Assembly (NCBI GenBank): GCA_021827495.1 | Contig: JAKAVN010000001.1 | Coordinates: 9,954-73,953, forward strand | Length of the DNA: 64,000 bases | Direction: 5' to 3' | DNA from: Deltaproteobacteria bacterium | Lineage (GTDB): Bacteria > Desulfobacterota > Binatia > Binatales > Binataceae | In this document: piece after piece, positions 9,813 through 18,201 of the stretch | Layout: the number at the start of each line of letters is the position of its first letter | Position numbering within the stretch: position 1 is the first letter of the stretch | Translations under genes and position numbers: made by a program | Notes under the pieces: model-generated | What the model saw: only the letters and a program-made list of their open reading frames with translations | What the model was told of the DNA's origin: nothing | Databases searched by the model: none

Positions 9813-10643
9813 ATGAACAAAGACAAGGTTCGCATTACCGATCTTGCCACGATGAAGGCGGAAGGCCGGCCGATCGCGATGCTGACGGCCTACGATTTTC
9901 CGTTCGCGCGGATCTTCGACCAGGCCGGCATCGACGTGCTGCTGGTCGGCGACAGTCTCGGTATGGTCGTGCAGGGTGCGGACAGCACGCTTGCCGTCAC
10001 CGTCGACGAGGTGCTGTACCACACTCGGATGGTGGCGCGGGCGCGCCGGCGCGCGCTGCTGGTGGCGGACATGCCGTTTCTCTCATATCAGGTGAGCGCG
10101 GAGAATGCGGTTCTGAACGCCGGCAGAATGCTCAAGGAGGGCGGTGCCGAGGCGGTCAAGCTGGAAGGCGGAATCTTGATCGCCGATACGGTGCACAAGC
10201 TGGTTGGCTTCGACATTCCGGTAATGGGCCATATCGGGCTGACACCCCAGTCGATCCATCGGATGGGTGGGCATCGCGTCCAGGGACGGCGCGCCGGCCA
10301 CGGTCCGGGATGCCGAGAGCGCTTGCTGGAGGATGCGGCGGCGCTGGAGGCGGCGGGGGCGTTTGCGATCGTGCTGGAAGGGATTCCGGCCGAGCTGGCC
10401 GGGGAAATTACCGCGCGCTCGGGCGTGCCCACGATCGGGATCGGCGCTGGCCCTTCGTGCGACGGCCAAGTGCTGGTGATGCACGACATGCTGGGGCTCA
10501 GCGAATCCTTCATGCCGCGCTTCGCCAAGCCCTACGCGCGTCTGTGGCATGACGCCGGCGCGGCCACCGCGGCCTACGTACGCGAGGTGCGCGAGCGCGC
10601 CTTTCCCGCCCCGGAACATTGTTACCGCATGAGGGAGGCCTGA
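9813..10643 (+). CDS. panB: 3-methyl-2-oxobutanoate hydroxymethyltransferase
   Basis: MNKDKVRITDLATMKAEGRPIAMLTAYDFPFARIFDQAGIDVLLVGDSLGMV... is a characteristic PanB sequence. The ORF-track start at 9750 would add 21 unlikely residues. Confidence 0.9.
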   Translation: MNKDKVRITDLATMKAEGRPIAMLTAYDFPFARIFDQAGIDVLLVGDSLGMVVQGADSTLAVTVDEVLYHTRMVARARRRALLVADMPFLSYQVSAENAVLNAGRMLKEGGAEAVKLEGGILIADTVHKLVGFDIPVMGHIGLTPQSIHRMGGHRVQGRRAGHGPGCRERLLEDAAALEAAGAFAIVLEGIPAELAGEITARSGVPTIGIGAGPSCDGQVLVMHDMLGLSESFMPRFAKPYARLWHDAGAATAAYVREVRERAFPAPEHCYRMREA

Positions 10644-10646
10644 ACG

Positions 10647-11504
10647 TTGAAAATCATAACGACTCCAGCGGAAATGCAATGCCGCTCCGACGCGATACGC
10701 CGCGCCGGCAAGCGCATCGCCTTCGTGCCCACGATGGGCTTCCTGCACGAGGGGCATCTCAGCCTGATGCGCGAAGGCAGGCGGCGCGCCGAGGTCGTGG
10801 TGGCCTCGATTTTCGTCAACCCTACGCAGTTCGGCCCCAACGAAGATTTCGGCCGCTACCCGCGCGCCTTCGAGCGCGACTGCGCGCTGATGCAAGAGGT
10901 GCCGGTTGATATCGTTTTTGCCCCGGCGCCGGAGGCGATGTATCCGGCGGGCGCGCAGACCTGGGTCGAGGTGGCGGAGATCACCAAGGGGCTCTGCGGC
11001 GCGCATCGCCCGGGCCACTTCCGCGGCGTCACCACGGTGGTCGCCAAGCTGTTCAACATCGTCAAGCCGCACTACGCGATATTCGGCGAGAAGGACTTTC
11101 AGCAGTTGCGCGCGATCCAGCGGATGGTCAAGGATCTCAACTTCGACCTCGAGATCGTGCCGATGCCGACCGTGCGCGAGTCCGACGGGCTCGCGCTGAG
11201 CTCGCGCAACGCCTACCTTTCGGCCGCCGAGCGCGAGCGCGCGCTCAGCCTCAGCCGCGCGCTGGAAGCCGCGCGCCGCGAATTTGCCGCCGGCGCCCGC
11301 GACCCGCGCGCGCTGGTGCGCGCGGCCTGCGCGGTGCTCAGCGCGACGCCTGAAATCCGCCTCGAGTACATCGAGGCGGTCGACTCCGAGTCGCTGGCGT
11401 CGATCGCGCGTGTCGAACGGCCGGTGGTGGTCGCGATCGCGACCCACGTCGGCAAGACGCGGCTCATCGACAACGCGGTCTTCACTCCACCGCCGCCGGG
11501 ATAA
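10647..11504 (+). CDS. panC: Pantoate--beta-alanine ligase
   Basis: FVPTMGFLHEGHLSLMR (HIGH-type) motif. It is adjacent to panB. It has a TTG start with a GAGGGAGG RBS 8 nt upstream. Confidence 0.9.
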   Translation: MKIITTPAEMQCRSDAIRRAGKRIAFVPTMGFLHEGHLSLMREGRRRAEVVVASIFVNPTQFGPNEDFGRYPRAFERDCALMQEVPVDIVFAPAPEAMYPAGAQTWVEVAEITKGLCGAHRPGHFRGVTTVVAKLFNIVKPHYAIFGEKDFQQLRAIQRMVKDLNFDLEIVPMPTVRESDGLALSSRNAYLSAAERERALSLSRALEAARREFAAGARDPRALVRAACAVLSATPEIRLEYIEAVDSESLASIARVERPVVVAIATHVGKTRLIDNAVFTPPPPG

Positions 11505-11576
11505 GCCCAGCGCGCGGCGTGCGCGCCCCGTGCGCGCGAGGCGCGGTGCCGCTGCGGGCCGGGGCGCAATGCCGCT

Positions 11577-12869
11577 CTAGCGGAAGTCCTGGCCGAGGCC
11601 GCCAGGCGTCGAGTACTTCTTGAGATCGTGGAACTTCTTGGGCACCTGCTGGTTGATGTAGGCTCCATGCCCGGCGCGGTCAATGCTGCCATAGAAAGTG
11701 GCGTGATGGCTCTGGAGGTCCCAGAAAATGTCGATCTGGGTGCCACTGAAGTCCTGCACGCCGAGCCCCGGCACCGCCCGCGCCATCGGCAGCACCGCGA
11801 AGCTCTTCCACAACTTCAGCCGCGTGTCGTAGAGGTCCTCCCACAGCGGCACGTAACTGTTCTTGTCGGCGTAGATGATGCGCTTGCCGAAGCAGTAGCC
11901 GGCGGTGAGCGACGGCACTCTGCGCACGTCGATGGCGTAAACGTCACGCAGTTCCCATGTGCCCCACGACGGCTTGGGCCATCCGAGCGGCATCGTGTAC
12001 TGCTCGGGGAATTTGCCGGCGTTGCCGTTGTAATTGATGAGCGCGAGAATCCTGCGCTCGCCGAGCAACTGCGAGGTGAACTCGGTGATGTTGCCGTCGA
12101 AGCCGTAGCGCAGGTCGTCGCGCGTCATGTCGCTTTTGCCCTGCAGGCAGCGCACGGCCCCGTTGAGTTGCGACGTGCGGCGCAGCGAAGGGATGAACTC
12201 GTAGACGTCCTGCGGGCGGGTGAGGTCCGAGTAGATGATGGTCAGATGCGCGCTGTACTTGGCCTCTTCGGGCTCCTCGACCATGCTCCATGCGGTGTAG
12301 TCCATGTCGCCCGCCCCCGGCGTGACCATCGGATATCCGGGATCGACGATGTGCTTGAGCGCGCGGTCGACGAAAATGTCGCGGCCGCAGGAGATGTTGC
12401 CGAACGGGTTCATGGCGCAGTCGGAACTGATGTTGGCCGGCGTCGACACGACCAGATGGGGCATGTAGCGGAACCACAGGTCGGCCAGGATCTCCCATCC
12501 GGCGTGCGTCCCGGCGGGATGGGGAAACGGAATGCCGGCGGTGTAGCCGGCCAGGTTGAAACTGCCGTTGGGCAGCGGCAACATCCTGACCTGCGCCGAA
12601 TATTTCTCGGTCGCGTCTAGGTAGGGCTTGGGCAGCGGATGGTTGCGGGTGGGGCCGACGACGATCTGAGCGTCAGCGGGCATCTTCCATGGATACTGGC
12701 CGGAAAACAGCGCGGCCATGCTGTCGGGCATGAACTGCTGATAGCTATGCCAGTTCTGCGTGGTGATCACGGTGCCGGGCGGAATCGGCGCGTCGGCTGC
12801 GAACACCACCGGCACAATCGCCACGGACATAAGGAGAGCGATCAAGGCAATTCTACGTACCAGAGCCAT
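11577..12869 (-). CDS. Secreted hypothetical protein (DUF1329-like?)
   Basis: Clean 430-aa ORF with an N-terminal signal peptide (MALVRRIALIALLMSVAIVPVVFAADAP). It is aromatic-rich; the family assignment is tentative. Confidence 0.55.
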   Translation of the reverse strand: MALVRRIALIALLMSVAIVPVVFAADAPIPPGTVITTQNWHSYQQFMPDSMAALFSGQYPWKMPADAQIVVGPTRNHPLPKPYLDATEKYSAQVRMLPLPNGSFNLAGYTAGIPFPHPAGTHAGWEILADLWFRYMPHLVVSTPANISSDCAMNPFGNISCGRDIFVDRALKHIVDPGYPMVTPGAGDMDYTAWSMVEEPEEAKYSAHLTIIYSDLTRPQDVYEFIPSLRRTSQLNGAVRCLQGKSDMTRDDLRYGFDGNITEFTSQLLGERRILALINYNGNAGKFPEQYTMPLGWPKPSWGTWELRDVYAIDVRRVPSLTAGYCFGKRIIYADKNSYVPLWEDLYDTRLKLWKSFAVLPMARAVPGLGVQDFSGTQIDIFWDLQSHHATFYGSIDRAGHGAYINQQVPKKFHDLKKYSTPGGLGQDFR

Positions 12870-13131
12870 CGTTCAATCCTTTCGGCCCTTAGCACAGGGC
12901 CGCGTGCTCTCCCTTGAAAGCAGATAAGGCACAGCCGGATCAAGGGAAAAGCAAATGATTGCTCAGCCTGAACAGACGAATATCGTATGCGCAGGCGCTT
13001 TGTGAAACGGCAGCATCGTGGAGTGTGCGCTTGACCGGGGCGAAATGGCCCGCCGCAAAAGCGCGGGGCGGGAGCGGGCCACCGGCCCGTTACCGCCCCG
13101 TGGGCGCCACGAACTCGCCGCGCGGGGCGGC

Positions 13132-14457
13132 TCAGTAGTAGTCGACCGGATCGATCTGGCGCTTGGCGCCGTACCAGAACAGCATGTTCTCGGTCAGCCC
13201 TTGCCAGGTGAACTTGCCCGGCGGCATCAGCAGGCGCTTGAACATCGACTTGAACGAGTAGAACTCCTTGGTGCAGCGCCACACGCCCTCTTCGACCTGC
13301 TGCGGCGAGAGCTTGTTGGGCACGAACATGCAGCGGAAGTTGTTGGTGTACATGTCGGCGTCGGGGATGATGACGCGGCCCTCCTGCTCGAGCTTCGTGC
13401 GCATCGGCGTGCCCCTGCGCGGCGTGACCGTGTTGAAGAACGCTTCGGGCGCCTTGACCTCGTGCAGGAAGGCGAGGGTGTCGTCGAAGATCTGCGGCTG
13501 GTCTTCTTCGAGGCCGAACAGGAAGTTGAGCGAGTAATAAATCCCGTAGTGCTCCAGTCGCTTGAGCAGCTTCTTGTAGTCCTTGGCGTGGTTCTGAATC
13601 TTGCTCATCGACAGCAGGCTGTCCTGGCTGATCGATTCGACGCCGATGTTGACGTGGAACACGCCCGCCTTGGCCGCCAGCTCGAGCAGGTCCTCGTCAT
13701 GGTTGGAGTTGATGGTCCACAGGCAGGAGAAGCGGATGTTGAGCGGGATCAGCGCGCGGAACAGCTCGCGCGCGAACTTGTGCTTGCCGGTGATTTGGTC
13801 GTCGATGAACTGGAAGCGGCGGAAGCCGGTGACCTCGATGACCTGCTTGATTTCCTCGATGATGTCCTCAATCGGGCGGGTGCGATAGCTGCCATCATAG
13901 AAGACCGGGATTTCGCAAAACGAGCAGCGGTACGGGCATCCACGGCTCGCCTGCACGGGCATCGCCTTGAACAGGTAACGGTTGAGCTTGAGCAGCTCGT
14001 GGCGCGGGCGCGGCAGGTTCTTCAGATCGTGCAGCTTGGCGGACTTGTAAGTGCGCTTGAGCTTGCCGTCCTGCCAGTCGCGCAGCAGCGGCTCCCATAC
14101 CAGGTCGGCCTCGCCCTGGACCACCGCGTCGGCGTGCTTGAGCGCCTCCTCGGTCTGGAGCGTGGCATGGAACCCGCCCATCACCACCGGGATGCCGCGC
14201 TTGCGGAACTCGTCGCCGAGCTGGTAGGCGCGCAGCGAGGCGCCGATGGTGGTGGTCATTCCGACCAGGTCCCAGCCGGCGTCGAAATCGATCTCCTCCA
14301 GCCGCTCGTCGCACAGCGTCACGTCGAAGTCGGGCGGCGTCAACCCCGCCAGCAGCGGGATCATCAAACCCATGATGAGCCGCCAACGCGTCTTATGAGG
14401 CGTGCCGTCCAGATGGATCGTCGTCGGTTGGATCAGCAGGATCCGCGGTTTCTTCAC
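13132..14457 (-). CDS. B12-binding domain radical SAM protein (probable methyltransferase class B)
   Basis: N-terminal cobalamin-binding-like domain (PRILLIQP...) and a CxxxCxxC radical SAM cluster motif (GCPYRCSFCEI). The likely start is GTG at 14457 with a GGGAGG RBS; the ATG at 14538 would overlap the upstream gene by 58 nt. Confidence 0.8.
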   Translation of the reverse strand: MKKPRILLIQPTTIHLDGTPHKTRWRLIMGLMIPLLAGLTPPDFDVTLCDERLEEIDFDAGWDLVGMTTTIGASLRAYQLGDEFRKRGIPVVMGGFHATLQTEEALKHADAVVQGEADLVWEPLLRDWQDGKLKRTYKSAKLHDLKNLPRPRHELLKLNRYLFKAMPVQASRGCPYRCSFCEIPVFYDGSYRTRPIEDIIEEIKQVIEVTGFRRFQFIDDQITGKHKFARELFRALIPLNIRFSCLWTINSNHDEDLLELAAKAGVFHVNIGVESISQDSLLSMSKIQNHAKDYKKLLKRLEHYGIYYSLNFLFGLEEDQPQIFDDTLAFLHEVKAPEAFFNTVTPRRGTPMRTKLEQEGRVIIPDADMYTNNFRCMFVPNKLSPQQVEEGVWRCTKEFYSFKSMFKRLLMPPGKFTWQGLTENMLFWYGAKRQIDPVDYY

Positions 14458-14480
14458 ACTGCCTCCCGGCGGCGCCGCGC

Positions 14481-15644
14481 TTAGGCGGGCCGCTCTTGAA
14501 TCCCGTTCCGCCCGTGCCCCTTCGCGGTCATCCACCACAGCACCAAGGCAAAGACGTAAGTGCCAAAGGCCGTTCCCCAGGCGAAATAGTAAACCCTGTC
14601 GAACAGCGCCAGCACGACCAGCAGGTAGGCGAAGTCACGGCCGCTCACCCGCTCAACCTGCGCGATAAACCGCTCGGTCTGTTCGCCGTTGACGCGAGTC
14701 GCACGCCAGGTCGTGAGCGCACACAGTCCAAAACCAACCAACAGAATGGCGAGCAGGTAGATGTAGGCCCGGCTGCTGCTCGCCCGATAGCATCCGGCCA
14801 TGATGCCGGCGAAGAGCGCGACATGCACCAGGTTGTCGGTGAAAACGTCCAGCCGCGCGCCCCATCGCGACTCAGCCATCTTGAGCCGCGCCAGCTCGCC
14901 GTCGACGCCATCGAGGGTCACCGAGACCAGGAACATCAGGGCGGCGGCCAGGCGCGGCCAATAGCCCGCAAAGCTGAACAGCCACGCGCTCAGCAATCCC
15001 AGCGCGGTATTGACGAGCGTCACCTGGTTGGGTGTGATCGCGGTGCGTGCGAGGCGATAGCTGATTCGCCACGACAGCCGCCGGTCCACCCAGCGCGCCA
15101 TCAGCGCGTCCTTGTCGGCGCTCTCGCGGCGCAGCTCGCGCGCCAGCCTGAGTTCGGCCTCGCGCACATCCTCGGCCCGTCCGTCGAGCGCAAAGGGCAA
15201 CTGGCCGCTTGGCGCGAGCCGCGTTGCCGGGCCGCCGGAGCCATCGAGCAGGCGGCCGAGTGGTCCCGCCGCGACGCTGCCGCGGCGCGCGAGGTCGGTG
15301 CTCTCGACGCTGACGACCCCGCCGGGCCGTGCGGCATGGCTATCGAGCAGGCCGCGCAACTGCGAGGCCGCCAGCACCAGGTTGCCCCTAAACGCGACAC
15401 AGGGCGCGTCGGCCGGCATCTGTTCGAGGACCTGGGCAAACGAGCCGACGAAGTTCACCTCGGGATGGTCGCGGAACGAGCCCAACGAGGCGCGCAGGCC
15501 GCCGCGCTCGGCCTCGCTCGCCTCGATAAAGAACCGCTTCACTCCCGCGCGTTGGCAAATAAGCATCAGGCGCTCGATCAGTGATCGCCCGAAGATCGTG
15601 TTGCCCGCACGGCCCGAAGTGTTGATTAGCGCTGTGTCAACCAA
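14481..15644 (-). CDS. IPCT/DIPPS-like bifunctional protein: N-terminal nucleotidyltransferase-like domain fused to a CDP-alcohol phosphatidyltransferase domain
   Basis: C-terminal half has the CDP-OH transferase motif DGxxAR...G...D...D (LDGVDGELARLKMAESRWGARLDVFTDNLVHV) and multiple TMs. The linker (RWVDRRLSWRISYRLARTAITPNQVTL) resembles archaeal IPCT/DIPPS. The N-terminal ALINTSGRAGNT aligns to the GxGTRL signature but is degenerate. The TTG start is uncertain. Confidence 0.7.
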   Translation of the reverse strand: MVDTALINTSGRAGNTIFGRSLIERLMLICQRAGVKRFFIEASEAERGGLRASLGSFRDHPEVNFVGSFAQVLEQMPADAPCVAFRGNLVLAASQLRGLLDSHAARPGGVVSVESTDLARRGSVAAGPLGRLLDGSGGPATRLAPSGQLPFALDGRAEDVREAELRLARELRRESADKDALMARWVDRRLSWRISYRLARTAITPNQVTLVNTALGLLSAWLFSFAGYWPRLAAALMFLVSVTLDGVDGELARLKMAESRWGARLDVFTDNLVHVALFAGIMAGCYRASSSRAYIYLLAILLVGFGLCALTTWRATRVNGEQTERFIAQVERVSGRDFAYLLVVLALFDRVYYFAWGTAFGTYVFALVLWWMTAKGHGRNGIQERPA

Positions 15645-15646
15645 GG

Positions 15647-15670
15647 AAAGCCTTATTGAATAAAGGCTTT
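15647..15670. promoter_or_regulatory. Palindrome AAAGCCTT-N8-AAGGCTTT in the AT-rich divergent promoter region between the IPCT/DIPPS-like gene and the HAD gene
   Basis: An 8-bp perfect inverted repeat read directly. The surrounding 15645-15782 is ~45% GC against ~67% for the window. Confidence 0.3.
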
Positions 15671-15782
15671 TAGACTAATCGCAGGGCGGAGTCAATGTAC
15701 TGACCGTGCGGTTTGTCTACCTGTTCGTCGACCCTCCATCCCCGCCTGTTCATAACACTTAACTTTTTCGTAACTCCGCTCG

Positions 15783-16592
15783 TTGAGTACTTTGCCATCT
15801 TATTTGTGGAGGCACATAGCGAGGGCTGCTAGACTGGCGCCTGTGGCCAGTCCTGCGCGAGCGATCTTATTCGACTTCGGCGGCACACTCGACCATCCAC
15901 ACCATTGGCTGGACCGTTTCGTGCGCCATTACCGTGCGGCAGGCATGCAGCTCAGCCGTAGCGAGCTGGACGCCGCCTATTCGCACGCGACCCGCACCGC
16001 TTACGAGGCCGGCGAAGAAGTCCATCGCCACAATCTGCACGAGCTTATTCGTTATTTGGTCGCCCATCAGTTCAACTATCTCCATCGCCACGGCCCCGAC
16101 AACGTGCGCGAGCATCTCGCGGGCCTCGGCGACCAGCGCCATCGCTTGGCCGAGCGCATTACCGCCGGCTTCGCCGAGGAGTCGGCCCAAGGACTGGCAC
16201 GCAGCCGCGCGCTCCTCAAGGAACTGTCCCGCGATTTCAAGCTCGGCGTGGTCTCCAACTTTTATGGCAACCTGCAGGTCGTCCTGTTCGAGGCCGGCAT
16301 CCGCGAGTTGCTCCAGGTCGCGATCGACTCCAAGCACCTGCGCGTCTTCAAACCCGACGAGCGGATCTTCACCGCCGCGCTCAAGGTGCTTGACCTGCCG
16401 CACAACCAGGTGGCGATGGTGGGGGACTCGCTGCACAAGGATTGCGCACCCGCGCGCAAGCTCGGCATGCGTTCGATCTGGCTGCGCGGGCATCACGCCG
16501 GACCCGGCGAGCATCCGCAGGCGCGCGCGGCGGCCGCGCTCGCCGACCATACGATCGATTCGCTCGATGAGTTGAAGGAACTCACATGGTAG
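15783..16592 (+). CDS. HAD-superfamily hydrolase (motif I variant DFGGT)
   Basis: ILFDFGGTL motif I, the VVSNF motif II region and a KPDERIF...GDS motif III/IV region. Confidence 0.7.
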   Translation: MSTLPSYLWRHIARAARLAPVASPARAILFDFGGTLDHPHHWLDRFVRHYRAAGMQLSRSELDAAYSHATRTAYEAGEEVHRHNLHELIRYLVAHQFNYLHRHGPDNVREHLAGLGDQRHRLAERITAGFAEESAQGLARSRALLKELSRDFKLGVVSNFYGNLQVVLFEAGIRELLQVAIDSKHLRVFKPDERIFTAALKVLDLPHNQVAMVGDSLHKDCAPARKLGMRSIWLRGHHAGPGEHPQARAAAALADHTIDSLDELKELTW

Positions 16593-17335
16593 ACGGGCTC
16601 CGCGGCGCGATTATCGCGGCCGGCCGGGGCGAGCGCCTGCGCGGCGCGGTGGCTGATCTTCCCAAGCCGCTGGTCGAGCTCGGCGGCGAGCCGATGCTTG
16701 TGCGACAGGCGCGGATAATGCGTGAGGCGGGTGCGGAGACCGTCGTGGCGCTGGTCAATTCCGAGACTGCGAGGCTCATCGCGAGCCGCGCGGTCCGGAT
16801 TGCGTCGTGGATCAAACTCCGGGTGCGCGATACGCCGAGTTCGATGGAATCACTGCTTAGCTTGGGCGAAGACCTGCGCGGCGCCGGGCATTTTCTGCTC
16901 GCCACGGTCGACGCGGTGGTCGAGGCGGCTGAGCTGCGCCGTTTCGCCGGGCGCGCGCTGGAGCTGGCCGGCGGCGCCCCTCCACGCTTCGACGGCGCGC
17001 TCGCGGTGGTGCGATGGCGCGGCGACCAGCGGCCGCTGTTCGCCGAGATCAGGCCGGACGGCGCGATCGCCGCGCTCGGCGGGCGGCCGAGCGCGATGGT
17101 CACGGCGGGCTTCTATTGGCTGCCCGCGGCGATTTTCGATTTGGCCTCGCGGGCGCGCGCCGCGCACCTTGACGCGATGCGCAAGCTGCTCGCGATGGCG
17201 GTCGCAAGCGGGATGCGGCTCGGGGCGATCGAACTCGAGGCGACGATCGACGTCGATGAGTCGGCCGACTTGGCCGCCGCGCGCGCGCTGGTCGCCGGAG
17301 CGCCGCCGCGCAGCCCGGGCGGGGGCGGTAAGTGA
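16586..17335 (+). CDS. Nucleotidyltransferase (MobA-like/sugar-phosphate NTP-transferase family)
   Basis: AIIAAGRGERL (GxGxRL) signature followed by KPLVELGG. It overlaps the HAD stop. Confidence 0.7.
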   Translation: MVDGLRGAIIAAGRGERLRGAVADLPKPLVELGGEPMLVRQARIMREAGAETVVALVNSETARLIASRAVRIASWIKLRVRDTPSSMESLLSLGEDLRGAGHFLLATVDAVVEAAELRRFAGRALELAGGAPPRFDGALAVVRWRGDQRPLFAEIRPDGAIAALGGRPSAMVTAGFYWLPAAIFDLASRARAAHLDAMRKLLAMAVASGMRLGAIELEATIDVDESADLAAARALVAGAPPRSPGGGGK

Positions 17336-18171
17336 AGATGCGTGTGCTGGGGATTTACCGCGAGACCGAGTTTTCTCCGGGCAAGGTCGCGCACGATGCC
17401 GCAATCCTCGACGCGGTGCTGGCTGAGCTCAAGCGCCATGGCGCGGAGGTCTCGGTCATCAGCGCCGCACGCTTTGTCGGTGATGCGCCGGCCAGCGCGG
17501 ACCTGGTGCTCGCGATGTGCCAGGGTGAGCGCGCACTCGGCCGCCTGGTGGCGCTCGAGCAGCAGGGCGCGATCGCGGTCAACTCCGCGCTCGCGATTCG
17601 CAACTGCTACCGCGACCTCCTCTGCGCCGGCCTGATCCATGCCGGGGTTCCCGTTCCGGCCGGTGCGCTGGTCAGGACCGGCGCCCGCCCGCCGGACTTG
17701 ACCCCGCTCGGCGTGCTGGATCTTGACGCGCCGATGTTCATCAAGCGCGGCGACCTGCATGCACTTGCGCCCGACGACGTGCAGCGGGTAGAAAGCCGTG
17801 GCGCGCTGCGCGCGGCGCTGGCCCGGCTGGCGCAGCGCGCAGTGCCGGTAGCCTACGTGCAGCAGGCGGTCGACGGCAGGGTGGTGAAGTTTTACGGCGT
17901 CAGCGGCGGCGAGTACTTTACCGCGCTGGCCGAAGAAGGATCGATATCCGAGCGCGTGCAGTTCGACTTGGCCCGGAGCGCCGCGGCTGCGGCCGCCACG
18001 CTGGGCCTCGAGGCGTGGGGTGGCGATGCGGTAATCGATGGCGAGCGGTTTATGATCATTGATTTCAACGACTGGCCCAGCTTTAGCCGGGTGCGCGAGA
18101 GCGCCGCCCGCGCGATCGCGCGGCGCTGCCTGATGCTCGCGCGCCGGCCGCGCCAAGGCTCTGAGTTATAG
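17332..18171 (+). CDS. ATP-grasp domain protein
   Basis: Size and motif pattern (FIKRGD..., VVKFYGV, a C-terminal IIDFNDWPS-like Mg/ATP region) are consistent with the ATP-grasp fold. Function is not assignable. Confidence 0.5.
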   Translation: MKMRVLGIYRETEFSPGKVAHDAAILDAVLAELKRHGAEVSVISAARFVGDAPASADLVLAMCQGERALGRLVALEQQGAIAVNSALAIRNCYRDLLCAGLIHAGVPVPAGALVRTGARPPDLTPLGVLDLDAPMFIKRGDLHALAPDDVQRVESRGALRAALARLAQRAVPVAYVQQAVDGRVVKFYGVSGGEYFTALAEEGSISERVQFDLARSAAAAAATLGLEAWGGDAVIDGERFMIIDFNDWPSFSRVRESAARAIARRCLMLARRPRQGSEL

Positions 18172-18201
18172 TTTTCCAGGAGGGCCCACGCAGGCCGCAG
18201 C

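Noticed and set aside
10083-11447. 454-aa minus-strand ORF spanning panB-panC
   Set aside because: It is antisense to two well-supported genes. Its translation is Arg/Ala/Gly-rich with no motifs. This is the typical shadow ORF of high-GC DNA.
13018-14484. 488-aa plus-strand ORF over the B12-radical SAM gene
   Set aside because: It is antisense to a gene with an unambiguous CxxxCxxC motif.
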